From Nitrosopumilus sp. (GTDB lineage Archaea; Thermoproteota; Nitrososphaeria; Nitrososphaerales; Nitrosopumilaceae), in the NCBI GenBank assembly GCA_965204345.1, contig OZ241981.1, positions 1,536,001 through 1,600,000 of the forward strand: a stretch of DNA of 64,000 nucleotides. The letters run 5' to 3'. A program made the position numbers and the translations under genes. Of this stretch, positions 29,041 to 39,453 are shown piece by piece. Below the pieces are notes generated by a model, which did no database searches, had not been told where the DNA came from, and saw only the letters and a program-made list of their open reading frames with translations. Each line of letters opens with the position of its first letter. Within the stretch, counting starts at the first letter, position 1.

Positions 29041-29930
29041 ATAAGACACAACAGGCGACACTACTTTCTACGATTCCAGTTATTCTAGTCATGCTTGCTG
29101 TGTATTATTTGCCTGTTTCTGATATGGATGAGAAGGAACAGACATCAGACACCATGGATTACAGTGTTCCAGGCGATGAGGACTCATTTTGTTTTCATCA
29201 TCCAATTCCCTCTCCATCTTTGCCATATTTCAAACTGCGAGAAAGTATCTGCGGTACTTGGGGGAATGTCACAAAAACCCTTTTGTCAAGAGGTACTTGT
29301 CAGGGCCAATATACTCCTGAATGCTACACCGAATCATTTTTAGACGATTATAATCTTGTGGATGATGCGCCTAGACGAACTTGTCAGGGCCAACATTATC
29401 CTACATGCTACATCGAATCATCGTCAGGTGAAATGTTGCTTTTTGCGCCTTCTGTGGGTCCCCCAGACTATCCTGCTTACCCTGATGAGGAATCATATTG
29501 TTATCACTATCCTGTTTGGTCAGACGGTGAATCAAAGGCAAGTATTTGCGGCACATGGGAAAATGTCACAAAGACTCTGATATCCAAATATCATTGTCAG
29601 GGTGAACGTCATTATGAATGTCCAATCGAGTCTGCATCAGGTGAGGTAACCCTCTTTTCACCTTTGTGGAGAACTATACAGCCTTCTTTTGATTATAATG
29701 ACGGTCCATTTTGTTATCATTACCCTCTTTTGCCAGATGCTGAACCACGAGAAAGCATTTGCGACAACACTTGGGTACGTGTTACAGCAACTCTTTTGTC
29801 AAGAGATCACTGCATAGGTGAGCCTGACTATACATGCAACATCGAATCATCGTCAGGACAAACAATTGCTTATTCGCCACTACTGAATCCCGAACAGTGG
29901 CACACCGCTAGTTGGAGATATGATGACTGA
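29037..29930 (+). CDS. Membrane-anchored protein with three Cys-rich repeats
   Basis: N-terminal hydrophobic helix; CxHxP...SICxxWxxVTxTLxSxxxCxGxxxxxCxxES three times. Confidence 0.75.
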   Translation: MNKTQQATLLSTIPVILVMLAVYYLPVSDMDEKEQTSDTMDYSVPGDEDSFCFHHPIPSPSLPYFKLRESICGTWGNVTKTLLSRGTCQGQYTPECYTESFLDDYNLVDDAPRRTCQGQHYPTCYIESSSGEMLLFAPSVGPPDYPAYPDEESYCYHYPVWSDGESKASICGTWENVTKTLISKYHCQGERHYECPIESASGEVTLFSPLWRTIQPSFDYNDGPFCYHYPLLPDAEPRESICDNTWVRVTATLLSRDHCIGEPDYTCNIESSSGQTIAYSPLLNPEQWHTASWRYDD

Positions 29931-29997
29931 CTAGCCAGTAACTTTGATAGAGTTTACGCTTAATCACAATGGATGTAAATGTATACGCCTATGATCT

Positions 29998-30603
29998 CTA
30001 AAAGTTATTTTTGAGGTAGTTATTTACCAATGCTTCTCCTCTTTCTGCATTATTTAAATGAAATTCATCTTCATTTTTTTGTTCATCAATAATCTGTAAA
30101 AATAATCGACTTTTTGGCAATCCTGTAATCCAACTGTAAATATCACACTGATCAATAGCATATTGACGATTTTTTTTTAATCGTCTTCTCGAAGTAATGA
30201 ATTTTGCCTCAATTATGGTATCCTCATTTTTATCATCTAACATACCAGTTATGTAATACACATTTTCATTGAAGACAATACTTTTCTTTATGAAATCTTC
30301 TTTGAATCCTCTGCTCACAAAACCATTTGTTGCGTGTAAATATGAACCCATTTTCATTGAAGCTGCCTGTGATGATAATCTTCGGATACGATCTTCAAGT
30401 TCCTTTAATGTCATATCTCCGATTTTCTTTGTCTTATCTTCTTCATCCTTATAGTGAATATCAGCTAAAATAGTACTGACTGAAATGACTAGATGTTCAT
30501 GATTTGTTTCATCCAGATTAAACATAGGCCAAGTTCCATCTTCTGCAGATCGTCGAATTATCTCTTTATCGCATAAATGACAAGTTGTCCTAAAATCACC
30601 CAT
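29998..30603 (-). CDS. Putative Zn-binding plus PD-(D/E)XK nuclease-like protein
   Basis: CHLC...HEH; GMLD...IIEAK...QCDIY. Confidence 0.55.
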   Translation of the reverse strand: MGDFRTTCHLCDKEIIRRSAEDGTWPMFNLDETNHEHLVISVSTILADIHYKDEEDKTKKIGDMTLKELEDRIRRLSSQAASMKMGSYLHATNGFVSRGFKEDFIKKSIVFNENVYYITGMLDDKNEDTIIEAKFITSRRRLKKNRQYAIDQCDIYSWITGLPKSRLFLQIIDEQKNEDEFHLNNAERGEALVNNYLKNNF

Positions 30604-30796
30604 ATTTTCAATATGTACATCAAATCTAAAAACATGATCCCATAAACTGTCAGAACATTTTTGATTGATCCAAAATTTCTACTTTAATTCAAAAATGTTC
30701 TGATAATCAGATTCTTAGGTCAATCTACTGTCACATCCGAATCAATTAATAAATCCTCATTAAGGTTAAATTTTGATACGTTTTCTTGTATCTTAG

Positions 30797-31351
30797 ATGG
30801 GATTAGATGTATTTGACGCAATTGCATTAACCCTGTATGCAAATGATAATGAAATTACAAACAAAACAACGGTACAAAAATTGGTGTATTTTCACACAGA
30901 GGTAATCAAAGACTTGGACATATCGAGTTACACTCATCATTTCTATGGACCATTTAATAGTGAAGTTTCAACTGCGCTAGAAGATATGTCTGAATTTTCT
31001 TATATTGATCAAAATATAATTTCTGGGTATTATGAAACTTATAACTACAAATTAACTGAAAATGGAATCAAATATGCTGAAACTGCACAACAAAAATATC
31101 CTGACGAATTTAACATAATCACTAAAACCCTCCAAATATGTAAAGAATATTGTGAATTGAAACCTACACCGTTATCGTATGCTGCAAAAGCACATTACAT
31201 TTTAGCAAACTCTAGTGATAAACTTCAAGATAAATACTCGGCAGGTGACGTAAAAACAATTGCAAAAGATTTTGATTGGAATATTTCAAAAGATGATGCA
31301 ATAACTGGACTTAAACTACTTCAAAACCTAAATCTTGTCTCTGCCTCATAG
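30797..31351 (+). CDS. YwgA/Panacea-like winged-helix protein
   Basis: KTTVQKLVYF, HFYGPFNSEV, YKLTENG. Confidence 0.65.
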   Translation: MGLDVFDAIALTLYANDNEITNKTTVQKLVYFHTEVIKDLDISSYTHHFYGPFNSEVSTALEDMSEFSYIDQNIISGYYETYNYKLTENGIKYAETAQQKYPDEFNIITKTLQICKEYCELKPTPLSYAAKAHYILANSSDKLQDKYSAGDVKTIAKDFDWNISKDDAITGLKLLQNLNLVSAS

Positions 31352-31700
31352 CTACTTTAGATCTAAAGCAATAAGAGATCTATTTTATGGTTTCATTGAT
31401 CTTTCTGAATTAGAAACAAAAGTAATTGATACTGAAATTTTTAGAAGACTCTAATTTATCAAACAGCTTTATCATGCTTATGCTGTATATCCTTCCTCAA
31501 TTCATGCTAGGTTTGAACACTTGCGAGGAACCAATTTTGTTTCTAATATTATGGCTAATGAATTAGGGTTTACCAAACATGATGGTTGGTTTGCCATGTG
31601 TTTGGCTTGTACAATCTGTCATTCTCCTATGAAATAATGATGACTTGCATAACACGGAAGATATGTATCCACTCTTGCAGATAATTTTCTGAAAAGATAT
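31335..31700 (+). pseudogene. HD-domain phosphohydrolase (YwfO-like) pseudogene
   Basis: IRDLFYGFIDLSELETKVIDTEIFRRL*FIKQL...VYPS..HARFEH with stop, frameshift and truncation. Confidence 0.75.
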
Positions 31701-31773
31701 CATTACTTGGAAAAGATGAAACTTTGATACAAGATTTGTGCCTGAAAAACAGATATCCATTACTTTGAGAAAG

Positions 31774-31847
31774 TGGACCGGAAGGGATTTGAACCCTCGA
31801 TCCGATGCATGCCATGCACCTATCCTACCAGACTAGACGACCGGCCC
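31774..31847 (-). tRNA. tRNA-Ala(GGC)
   Basis: gggccgg...ccggtcc-a with G3:U70; anticodon loop AT-GGC-AT. Confidence 0.92.
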
Positions 31848-31972
31848 AATAATCAGTATTCTGATTGAAATACGTTTTTCAAATTGGTTATTAACGTTTA
31901 GCGGTCTAAAAGAAAATCATCACATAGAACCAACACAATATATTTAACCTTGGAAATGCTGACTGAATCGTT

Positions 31973-32818
31973 ATGGTAGTAGATAACAAGGCAACTGTCA
32001 CTTATGTACAATTACTAAAAGAGGATCTTGTAATCATGAGATTGGTTCCAAAGGATGGACCGGTTCCAGAATACAAAGCAGGTCAATTCATTACATTAGG
32101 ACTGCCAAATCCTGTAGAGGATGGAAAGATTGTTAGACGTGCATATTCAATTGCATCCCATCCAGAAAACCGAGATTATGTTGAATTGGTAATTAGGTGG
32201 GTTAGAAAGCCACTACCTGGCAGACTGACTACACAAATATTTAATGCAAAAGAAGGGGATGAAATTCTTTGGTTAAAGCCAACTGGTAAGGCGTTAGAAA
32301 TTAATGAGGAATTAGCAAACGGTGAAAAAGACAATAGGCGGATTATTTGCATTGGCGGAGGAACAGGCTTGGCCCCCTTTGTAAGCTTTGCACAGCATCT
32401 CCATGACATTAATGATAAGCGTGAAATCATAGTATTGCACGGAGCAAGCTATGTTGACGAATTAAGCTACAAGGACTTGCTAACCGGTCTTGAAAACGAT
32501 AGTATTGCCAGAGGCAAGAATGAATGGAATTTCAGATACAGAGCTGCAATAAGCAGACCACAAGAATGGTTCAACAGATCATGGGCCGGCCAAGTTGGAA
32601 GGGTTGAGACATTCCTACGACCAAGAGAAAACGGTGTATCCCCACTAGAGGAACTAATTGATGATAAAATTACAAAGGAAAACACAATATTCTATGTCTG
32701 TGGTTGGCAGGGAACAATAGACGGGGTAATGGACTTTTTAAAGCCCAAAGGATTTGTTACTGAACATGACAAAAGAGAAGACGGTAGCTTTGAAGTCAAG
32801 TACGAGTCATACGGATAG
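31973..32818 (+). CDS. Ferredoxin-NADP+ reductase family oxidoreductase
   Basis: RRAYSIAS, GGGTGLAPF, YVCG, YESYG. Confidence 0.92.
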   Translation: MVVDNKATVTYVQLLKEDLVIMRLVPKDGPVPEYKAGQFITLGLPNPVEDGKIVRRAYSIASHPENRDYVELVIRWVRKPLPGRLTTQIFNAKEGDEILWLKPTGKALEINEELANGEKDNRRIICIGGGTGLAPFVSFAQHLHDINDKREIIVLHGASYVDELSYKDLLTGLENDSIARGKNEWNFRYRAAISRPQEWFNRSWAGQVGRVETFLRPRENGVSPLEELIDDKITKENTIFYVCGWQGTIDGVMDFLKPKGFVTEHDKREDGSFEVKYESYG

Positions 32819-32870
32819 AAATTAAAAAATTCAATCATTGAAATATGAGGTTTATCTAGCTGATGTATAA

Positions 32871-33470
32871 TTGATTACGGCACTATATCTTGCACATCTA
32901 AATCCGGTAACTAATGCGCATATAGAAATCATTTCAGAACTAAAAAAGGCAGCAGATGTTGTGAAGGTTATGCCTGTGGTATTCCGGGATGGAGACAGGG
33001 AAATCAACAGCAAGAGCTTCCCATTTAATTTTGAGACCAGAAAAAAAATGCTGACTGCGATATTTGGCGATTCAATTCAGATTACAGATGACTATGCCTT
33101 TGTTGCCCCGTTCAAAAAATATTTGCCGCCGCTAGTAAGACGCAAATCATGGAAGCTCCGAAAACAGATTCTTCAGGGGGTTGACGGGGAATTTTTTTCA
33201 TATACGGGAAACAAGGCAGAAGGATACATGTTGAAAATGTACAGATTAAAACCAAAAATTGGGGAAAGAAAGTCCCTGTCTGCAACATCAGTCAAAGAAA
33301 AACTGTATGATTCAGTGACCAAAAAAGAGTCTTCATGGAAAAAAGACGTGCCAGAAAAGATTGTAGGCATAATTGAGGAGGAGTGGAAGACAGTTGAAAA
33401 ATATGCAAACATGGAAGACATGACCACAAGGGTTGTAGGGATGAAATTCCCCAAAGAGGGGTACCATTGA
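32871..33470 (+). CDS. Nucleotidyltransferase (cytidylyltransferase-like fold)
   Basis: HLNPVTNAH (HxGH-like), PFNFETRKKM, LSATSVK. Confidence 0.7.
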   Translation: MITALYLAHLNPVTNAHIEIISELKKAADVVKVMPVVFRDGDREINSKSFPFNFETRKKMLTAIFGDSIQITDDYAFVAPFKKYLPPLVRRKSWKLRKQILQGVDGEFFSYTGNKAEGYMLKMYRLKPKIGERKSLSATSVKEKLYDSVTKKESSWKKDVPEKIVGIIEEEWKTVEKYANMEDMTTRVVGMKFPKEGYH

Positions 33471-33504
33471 AAATAGATTAATACACACTGCGTAAAAGTT
33501 TCCT

Positions 33505-34422
33505 ATGAAACTTTCACTTTCAAAATACGTGTGGTTTGACGGAAGATATGTCCTTGCACAAAAAGCCCACGTTCCAATTACAACACATGCAATACACTAT
33601 GGAACCTCGGTCTTTGAAGGCATAAGGGCATATTGGAACGGGAGGAATCTTTACGTGTTTAGACTAGACGAACATGTAAAACGATTCAGAAAGTCAGGCC
33701 AATTCTATAATATCTCGCTTAATTTTTCGGATCAGCAAATTACTGATGCGGTAATAGGAATTTGCAAAAAAAATAAAATAAAAAAGTCCTGTTACATCAG
33801 GCCGTTTTACTTTGTGGGAGACTATGGAATTAACCTGCACGTAACTGAAAAAGCCCCTACAAACGTCGCAATCTTTACATTTCCTTTCGGTGATCTGTTT
33901 GACAAAAACGGAATTACCGCAGGAGTCGTATCCTGGAGAAAGTTTTCAGATGCCTCAACCCCGCCGCAAGCAAAAATGGGCGGAAACTATCTAAACTCAA
34001 TTATTGCCACACAAGAGGCAAAGCGCAACGGGGTAGATGAGGCAGTCCTGCTTGATCATAACGGAAATGTCAGTGAGGCGCCAGGTGAGAATATTTTCAT
34101 CGTAAGAAACGGCCAGCTGATAACACCGCCACTTGCATCGTCGGCTTTGGAGGGAATCACGCGCGATGCAATAATCAAAATTGCAAAAGATTTGGATGTG
34201 GATGTCATTGAAAGGGAAATCACAAGAAGCGAGCTGATCATATCAGATGAAATCTTTCTAACAGGCACAGCAGCTGAGATAACGCCCATCATAGAAATGG
34301 ATTCAAGGAAGATAGGCAACAGAAGACCAGGAGATATGACAAAAAAGATGATGCAGGAATATGCAGAGATTGTAATGAATAAAAATGAGGATTACGCCCA
34401 TTGGCTGACTGAGGTATACTGA
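33505..34422 (+). CDS. ilvE: Branched-chain amino acid aminotransferase
   Basis: HYGTSVFEGIRAY, AKMGGNY, LEGITR, GTAAEI. Confidence 0.95.
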   Translation: MKLSLSKYVWFDGRYVLAQKAHVPITTHAIHYGTSVFEGIRAYWNGRNLYVFRLDEHVKRFRKSGQFYNISLNFSDQQITDAVIGICKKNKIKKSCYIRPFYFVGDYGINLHVTEKAPTNVAIFTFPFGDLFDKNGITAGVVSWRKFSDASTPPQAKMGGNYLNSIIATQEAKRNGVDEAVLLDHNGNVSEAPGENIFIVRNGQLITPPLASSALEGITRDAIIKIAKDLDVDVIEREITRSELIISDEIFLTGTAAEITPIIEMDSRKIGNRRPGDMTKKMMQEYAEIVMNKNEDYAHWLTEVY

Positions 34423-35357
34423 TGAAAATTGTACAAATTGGAACAGGCGGATGGGGAAAGAATCACACCAGGGTCTTGTCCCAGTTAGGCGTACTAGCAG
34501 CCGTATGTGATGCAGACTCACAGAAAAGCAAAGAGTATGGAGAACAGTATTCAGTTAACCACTATACATCATTAGATGAATTATTAGATTCTGAGGAGTT
34601 TGATGGTGCATTTGTTGTAACACCGACATCCACCCATGCTGAAATTGCACAAAAATTGCTAGAGATGAAAAAACACGTCTTTGTTGAAAAACCCATGACG
34701 TATCAGTCCGAAGACGGCAAAAGACTTGCAAGACTGGCAGAAAAAAATAAGGTTATTCTGACATGCGGGTACATTGAAAGATTCAATCCTGCTGTCGATG
34801 TTGTAAAAAATATGGTGAAAGAAAAAAGATATGGTGAGCTGATGATGCTTGAATTTCACAGGGAGAATAGAATGCCCCTGCACATCAAGGATGTGGGCAT
34901 TATTTATGATACTTCAGTACACGATATTGATACTGCTAACTGGCTGTTTGATGATATGCCCCAAGTAGTATTTGCAAGGGCGGGAAAAATAAAGCATGAA
35001 CATGAAGACTTTGCCAGCATTATGCTGGGATACAAAAATGACAGGGTTGCAATCATTTCATCAAACTGGATCACGCCAAAGAAAGTCAGAAAATTTAACG
35101 CAGTATGTGCAGATGCAATAGTCTCATCTGATTTTATCAGCCAGGAAATTATAGTGGAAAAAGATACAGAATCAGAAACGGTCCAAAACGAAAAACAGGA
35201 GCCATTACTACTAGAAATTCAGAGTTTTCTAGGGGCAATTGAGGGTAAAAACCAGCAAGTGGTAAAATCACACGAGGCAGTAAGTGTTACAAAGATTGCC
35301 GAAGCTGCACTTTTATCTAGCCAAAAGGGAATTCCCATTTATCTGGATTTAAAATGA
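34422..35357 (+). CDS. Gfo/Idh/MocA oxidoreductase
   Basis: GTGGWG, VEKPM, ERFNP, HDID. Confidence 0.9.
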   Translation: MKIVQIGTGGWGKNHTRVLSQLGVLAAVCDADSQKSKEYGEQYSVNHYTSLDELLDSEEFDGAFVVTPTSTHAEIAQKLLEMKKHVFVEKPMTYQSEDGKRLARLAEKNKVILTCGYIERFNPAVDVVKNMVKEKRYGELMMLEFHRENRMPLHIKDVGIIYDTSVHDIDTANWLFDDMPQVVFARAGKIKHEHEDFASIMLGYKNDRVAIISSNWITPKKVRKFNAVCADAIVSSDFISQEIIVEKDTESETVQNEKQEPLLLEIQSFLGAIEGKNQQVVKSHEAVSVTKIAEAALLSSQKGIPIYLDLK

Positions 35358-35623
35358 ACAAGACAATGATGGATATTTTGGCATGTCCTATTGACAAGGC
35401 TCATCCCTTGGAACTATTTGAAATAAAGGCAAAAGGCGAAGTCGTCTCAGAGGGTGCACTATTCTGCCCAAAATGTTCCCGATTTTATCCAATTATTGAA
35501 GAAATTCCAATTATGCTGCCTGATGAATTGCGGGACAAAAAGCAAGAAATGGAATTTCTAAAAAATTACAGCGATAAATTACCTGAAAAAATTATTACAA
35601 AGGCAAACCCCTGGCATTTGTGA
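35354..35623 (+). CDS. Trm112 family protein
   Basis: DILACPID...CPKCSRFYPIIEEIPIML. Confidence 0.88.
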   Translation: MNKTMMDILACPIDKAHPLELFEIKAKGEVVSEGALFCPKCSRFYPIIEEIPIMLPDELRDKKQEMEFLKNYSDKLPEKIITKANPWHL

Positions 35624-35627
35624 AACA

Positions 35628-36107
35628 ATGGTTACTACCAACTCAGTTTCAGAAAGGGCAAAGATTGGCCAAAATGTCCAGATTTGGCATTTTTCATATG
35701 TTGGAGATGATGTAGAGGTTGGGGATAACGTCAAAATTGGTTCCCTTGCACATATAGATTATGACGTAAAGATTGGAGAGAATACAAAGATTGAAGGCCA
35801 GGCATACATTCCGCCACTTTCAAGAATTGGAAAAAATGTATTCATTGGACCTGCAGCAGTACTGACAAATGATCCTTACCCGATGTGTGAGAAGATGAGG
35901 GGTGTTACAATTAAAGACAATGCCATAATTGGCGCACGCGCAGTCATCAGGGCAGGGGTTACCGTCGGAGAGAACAGCGTTGTAGCAATGGGGGCAGTAG
36001 TGGTAAGGGACGTTCCAGAAAATTCCGTTGTTATTGGCTCTCCTGCTACAGTTAGGTACAGCAGGGAAGAATACGACAAAAAACAAAGACGGTGGAAACA
36101 AGGCTAG
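35628..36107 (+). CDS. Hexapeptide-repeat acyltransferase (WbpD-like)
   Basis: IG hexapeptide repeats, LTNDPYP, IGSPA. Confidence 0.88.
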   Translation: MVTTNSVSERAKIGQNVQIWHFSYVGDDVEVGDNVKIGSLAHIDYDVKIGENTKIEGQAYIPPLSRIGKNVFIGPAAVLTNDPYPMCEKMRGVTIKDNAIIGARAVIRAGVTVGENSVVAMGAVVVRDVPENSVVIGSPATVRYSREEYDKKQRRWKQG

Positions 36108-36334
36108 CGCCCAATTTCTTGTCTGAAAATAAAGTTTTTTAACTTTGATAAGGTTACAATCCAAACCAAAACAAGGATTAACGCAATTGCAGCCTTGATC
36201 ACAGATGCAACAAGCCAGTTTAGATCACCAAAACCGGCAATGGTTATTGGTCCTAGTAGATTAACTACGATTCCGCCGCCAACCATCATTAGAACCCACA
36301 TTGCAAAAAGAAATCTATACAGACCAAACTTCAA
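36104..36334 (-). CDS. Small membrane protein
   Basis: Two hydrophobic helices; overlaps upstream gene stop. Confidence 0.6.
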   Translation of the reverse strand: MKFGLYRFLFAMWVLMMVGGGIVVNLLGPITIAGFGDLNWLVASVIKAAIALILVLVWIVTLSKLKNFIFRQEIGR

Positions 36335-37326
36335 AGTTTTACACCCATCATAAATGCAGTGATTACTGCCAGTGTCCCTGAAAATATTGCCAGCTTGAAG
36401 ATCGCAAATCCGACTTGCTTCTCAGACAATGGTCCTGCGCCTGTTAAAATCAGTCTCACCAAAGTGACAGGCGCTTTTGCATCATCTGTTGCCTTTAGTT
36501 TGAAATCCTCGGTATGCTCAACTGGGACGCCGCTGATTTGCCGATGCTCTACAACTCGTTTTACGCTTGAGAGAAACAAAAACGAATTGATTATTGCAGG
36601 CAGTAGGGCTACTGTTGCAACAATTTCTACCTCGCCCACAATGGCAATGGTGCCATACATTGCACCAAATGCCAGGGCTCCAGAATCACCAGGAAAAATT
36701 TTGCTTGGAATCTTGTGGTATTTGTAAAATGCCAAGGAAACAAACCCAAGCGGCAGACTGGCTATTGCAATCTCATAGTTTTGCATGACAAACAGACAAA
36801 TGGATAGTGAGAAACCTGCAATGACCATAAAGCCGCTTGCAACACCGTTTAGCACATCAATTGAATTAATTGTATTTCCAGTTACAGAAATCATGAAAAC
36901 TATCAATACCAAATACAAAATAGGAATTTGTACTTCGCCAAATAACGGGAACGCAAGATTTGTATCATATGCACCAAGTGCAATTATTGGAAGCGCTGCA
37001 ATTCCAAGTGCCACTGGTTTGAACCAGCCTCCCATGACTTTTCTATCATCAACATATCCAATTGCAAAAGCAGCAGACGTTGTAACCATAATTGCAAGAA
37101 TCTCATTTGTCTGTAAAAACGCATAAAGAACAATTTCGGATGCCACTATCCCGAAAATAATTGACAGGCCCCCGGGCCTTGCTATCATGATGTCTCCTTT
37201 TTTGTTCACGTCTTTTACTGTAAAATTTCTTTTTTCTAGAAATCTGATCAGCGGAGGAGTTGTTGCAAATACGACAAAAAATGCAACAATGCATGAGATT
37301 ACTGCAGGTATTACTAGCTCAATCAA
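36331..37326 (-). CDS. Glycosyl transferase family 4 (UDP-GlcNAc:dolichol-phosphate GlcNAc-1-P transferase, AglH/MraY-like)
   Basis: GYVDD, NTINSIDVLNG, IFPGDSG. Confidence 0.9.
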   Translation of the reverse strand: MIELVIPAVISCIVAFFVVFATTPPLIRFLEKRNFTVKDVNKKGDIMIARPGGLSIIFGIVASEIVLYAFLQTNEILAIMVTTSAAFAIGYVDDRKVMGGWFKPVALGIAALPIIALGAYDTNLAFPLFGEVQIPILYLVLIVFMISVTGNTINSIDVLNGVASGFMVIAGFSLSICLFVMQNYEIAIASLPLGFVSLAFYKYHKIPSKIFPGDSGALAFGAMYGTIAIVGEVEIVATVALLPAIINSFLFLSSVKRVVEHRQISGVPVEHTEDFKLKATDDAKAPVTLVRLILTGAGPLSEKQVGFAIFKLAIFSGTLAVITAFMMGVKL

Positions 37327-39453
37327 TTATCTAACCCTTTGTAGTTCTGCCTTTATGTTATCTGCTATGGTTGAGCCAATTTTATCAATCTCTGCCAATT
37401 TGTTTACCCGAATTTTTCTCAAATCATCCAAATTCTTTATCCCGTGTTTGTAAAGAATCCTGGCTCTGACTCGTCCAATTCCCTTGACTCTGACTAGATC
37501 AAGCAGTTCCTCTCTGATTCCATAAACAACCCTTCTTCTCAAATCACCCAGCTCTTCAAGCAAGTCGGCTCTTTGGACATTCTTTGAAATCTCTCTCAAG
37601 CAGTACGAGAGCCAGTTGGCATTTTCAGCCATTCTGTGCATGTCTCCGGATTCAATTCCTAATCTATCAGATAGGGATAGTTCAGTAGACTCGGTAATCC
37701 AAGACTGTAAAGCAAGCAGGCTCCTTGAGCAGTCATATTCAGATATCGGCTCTAGTAACTCTGAGGAATTATTCTCAATTAATAGACTGGCAGCTTCGTA
37801 GTCCTTTTGCCGAAGTGAGAATTTTGGGAAAAACTCCTCAGAGTTTGTAATCAGATGCAGGTATCCAAAAGTATGTTTTCTGTCTTGAGATACGCCCTCA
37901 ATTGCATCCCTAAAGTCTGTGGCAGTCACCGGATCAATGTACAGCATGGATGCCTTTTTTCCAAACTCAGTGGCAGCGTATCTTTGGCCCTTTTTTATAA
38001 TTAAGAGCTTGCTTGATAAAAACCTCAAGGAGATATCAATTGCAAACTTTATGGTTGGTTTTCTTGATTGCAATCCTCCCAGAGTCTGCAAAAAGAATTC
38101 CAGAATTTCCTCTTTTTTAATTCCCGGATGAGTTACTATGACACTTAGAATATGGGTCCGCAAAGACTTGTCATCAGTAATTCTTGATTCAATTGGTTCT
38201 GGCTCTCCATCAATGTAGTGCTCTGTCAGATCCTCCGTGTTTCCATTTCCGACAATTATTGATTCCCCATAATCATCATACTGCGGTCTTCCGGCCCGTC
38301 CGCAAAGCTGCTTGTATTCCAGGATGCTAATTGGCCTGTTTGCACCGACCTTTGCATTGTATCTGTTTACGTTTGATATTACAACCCTTCTTGCAGGCAG
38401 GTTAACGCCTGCTGCCAGTGTGGGAGTTGATGACAGCAGCTTGATGGTTCCCTTGCGAAATTCTGCCTCGACGGTCTCTCTGCACCTCTGATTCAGTCCC
38501 GCATGATGAAACGCAACCCCCTTTTTTACAAGCAGCGCCAGCGTCTTTACCAATTCGGTATGCTCGTTTTCAGACAGAATTTTTCTTGATGCCTCTTCTA
38601 GTGCTGTAATCTCTTTTTTTTCTAGCATTTTTGATATCACATCAGATGCCTTTGTTGCCAAAGACTTTGAGCGGGTTCTGGTTTCTGCAAACACCAGGGA
38701 TTGGCCCCCCTGTTCTACTGACTGCACGCCCAAGTCAATTGGGGTTCCACGTAAGCTGCGCTTAACCTCAAATGTCTTGCCATCACTCATTGTAACCTCG
38801 CCTCCGTCACATACCCCCTCAGAGAGAGGAACCGGTCTCCAGTCGTTTGTTACCAGCTTGCAACCAAGCCAATCTGCAATTTCATCAGAATTTGTAATTG
38901 TTGCGCTAAGACCGACAATCTGGGGTCTGGTATCTAGTAATTTTAACTGTGTTAGAATCATCTCAAGTGTCGGACCCCTGCTTTCATCTCCAATCAGGTG
39001 CACTTCATCAGAAATAACCAGACCTATATCATCAACCCATTCGGCACCATGCCTGATGACTGAATCCATCTTTTCATTAGTCAATATCAGCACGTTGCTT
39101 TTTTCTAGATTTTTTTCAATGTTTTCAAAGTCCCCGGTAGATACTGCGACCCTTACTTTGTTTCCCAAAGATACCTTTTCCAATTTTTTAAACTCTGTGA
39201 ATTTCTCAGCAGCTAGTGCTCGCAACGGACTGAGATAAACCACCTTTCCTTTGTTTTTTGAAATATAGCTCATCATTGCAAGCATTGCAATCAGGGTCTT
39301 TCCGCTTGCAGTGGGGGCAGAAACCAAAATGCTCTTCTCATCTAATAGTCCGGACTTTACACTGTCTGCCTGTGGGGGATACAATTCCTCAAAACCCTGG
39401 GATCTTAGAAACTCAATTGCAGAATTTGGAAGTTTCAGCTTATCTATTTTCAT
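37327..39453 (-). CDS. hel308: Ski2-like DNA helicase Hel308
   Basis: PTASGKT, DEVH, LSAT, AAGVNLPA, GRAGRP, C-terminal HhH. Confidence 0.93.
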   Translation of the reverse strand: MKIDKLKLPNSAIEFLRSQGFEELYPPQADSVKSGLLDEKSILVSAPTASGKTLIAMLAMMSYISKNKGKVVYLSPLRALAAEKFTEFKKLEKVSLGNKVRVAVSTGDFENIEKNLEKSNVLILTNEKMDSVIRHGAEWVDDIGLVISDEVHLIGDESRGPTLEMILTQLKLLDTRPQIVGLSATITNSDEIADWLGCKLVTNDWRPVPLSEGVCDGGEVTMSDGKTFEVKRSLRGTPIDLGVQSVEQGGQSLVFAETRTRSKSLATKASDVISKMLEKKEITALEEASRKILSENEHTELVKTLALLVKKGVAFHHAGLNQRCRETVEAEFRKGTIKLLSSTPTLAAGVNLPARRVVISNVNRYNAKVGANRPISILEYKQLCGRAGRPQYDDYGESIIVGNGNTEDLTEHYIDGEPEPIESRITDDKSLRTHILSVIVTHPGIKKEEILEFFLQTLGGLQSRKPTIKFAIDISLRFLSSKLLIIKKGQRYAATEFGKKASMLYIDPVTATDFRDAIEGVSQDRKHTFGYLHLITNSEEFFPKFSLRQKDYEAASLLIENNSSELLEPISEYDCSRSLLALQSWITESTELSLSDRLGIESGDMHRMAENANWLSYCLREISKNVQRADLLEELGDLRRRVVYGIREELLDLVRVKGIGRVRARILYKHGIKNLDDLRKIRVNKLAEIDKIGSTIADNIKAELQRVR

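Larger units (their letters stand above)
27789..31847. mobile_element. Accessory island at the 3' end of tRNA-Ala
   Basis: Weak tRNA 3'-end copy gtgaaccgggagg at 27789; cargo of exported proteins, nuclease and pseudogene. Confidence 0.5.

Noticed and set aside
1-32818. Two FNR paralogs as direct repeats bounding a large element
   Set aside because: Diverged paralogs enclosing core genes (sdh, argH, alba); looks like an old duplication
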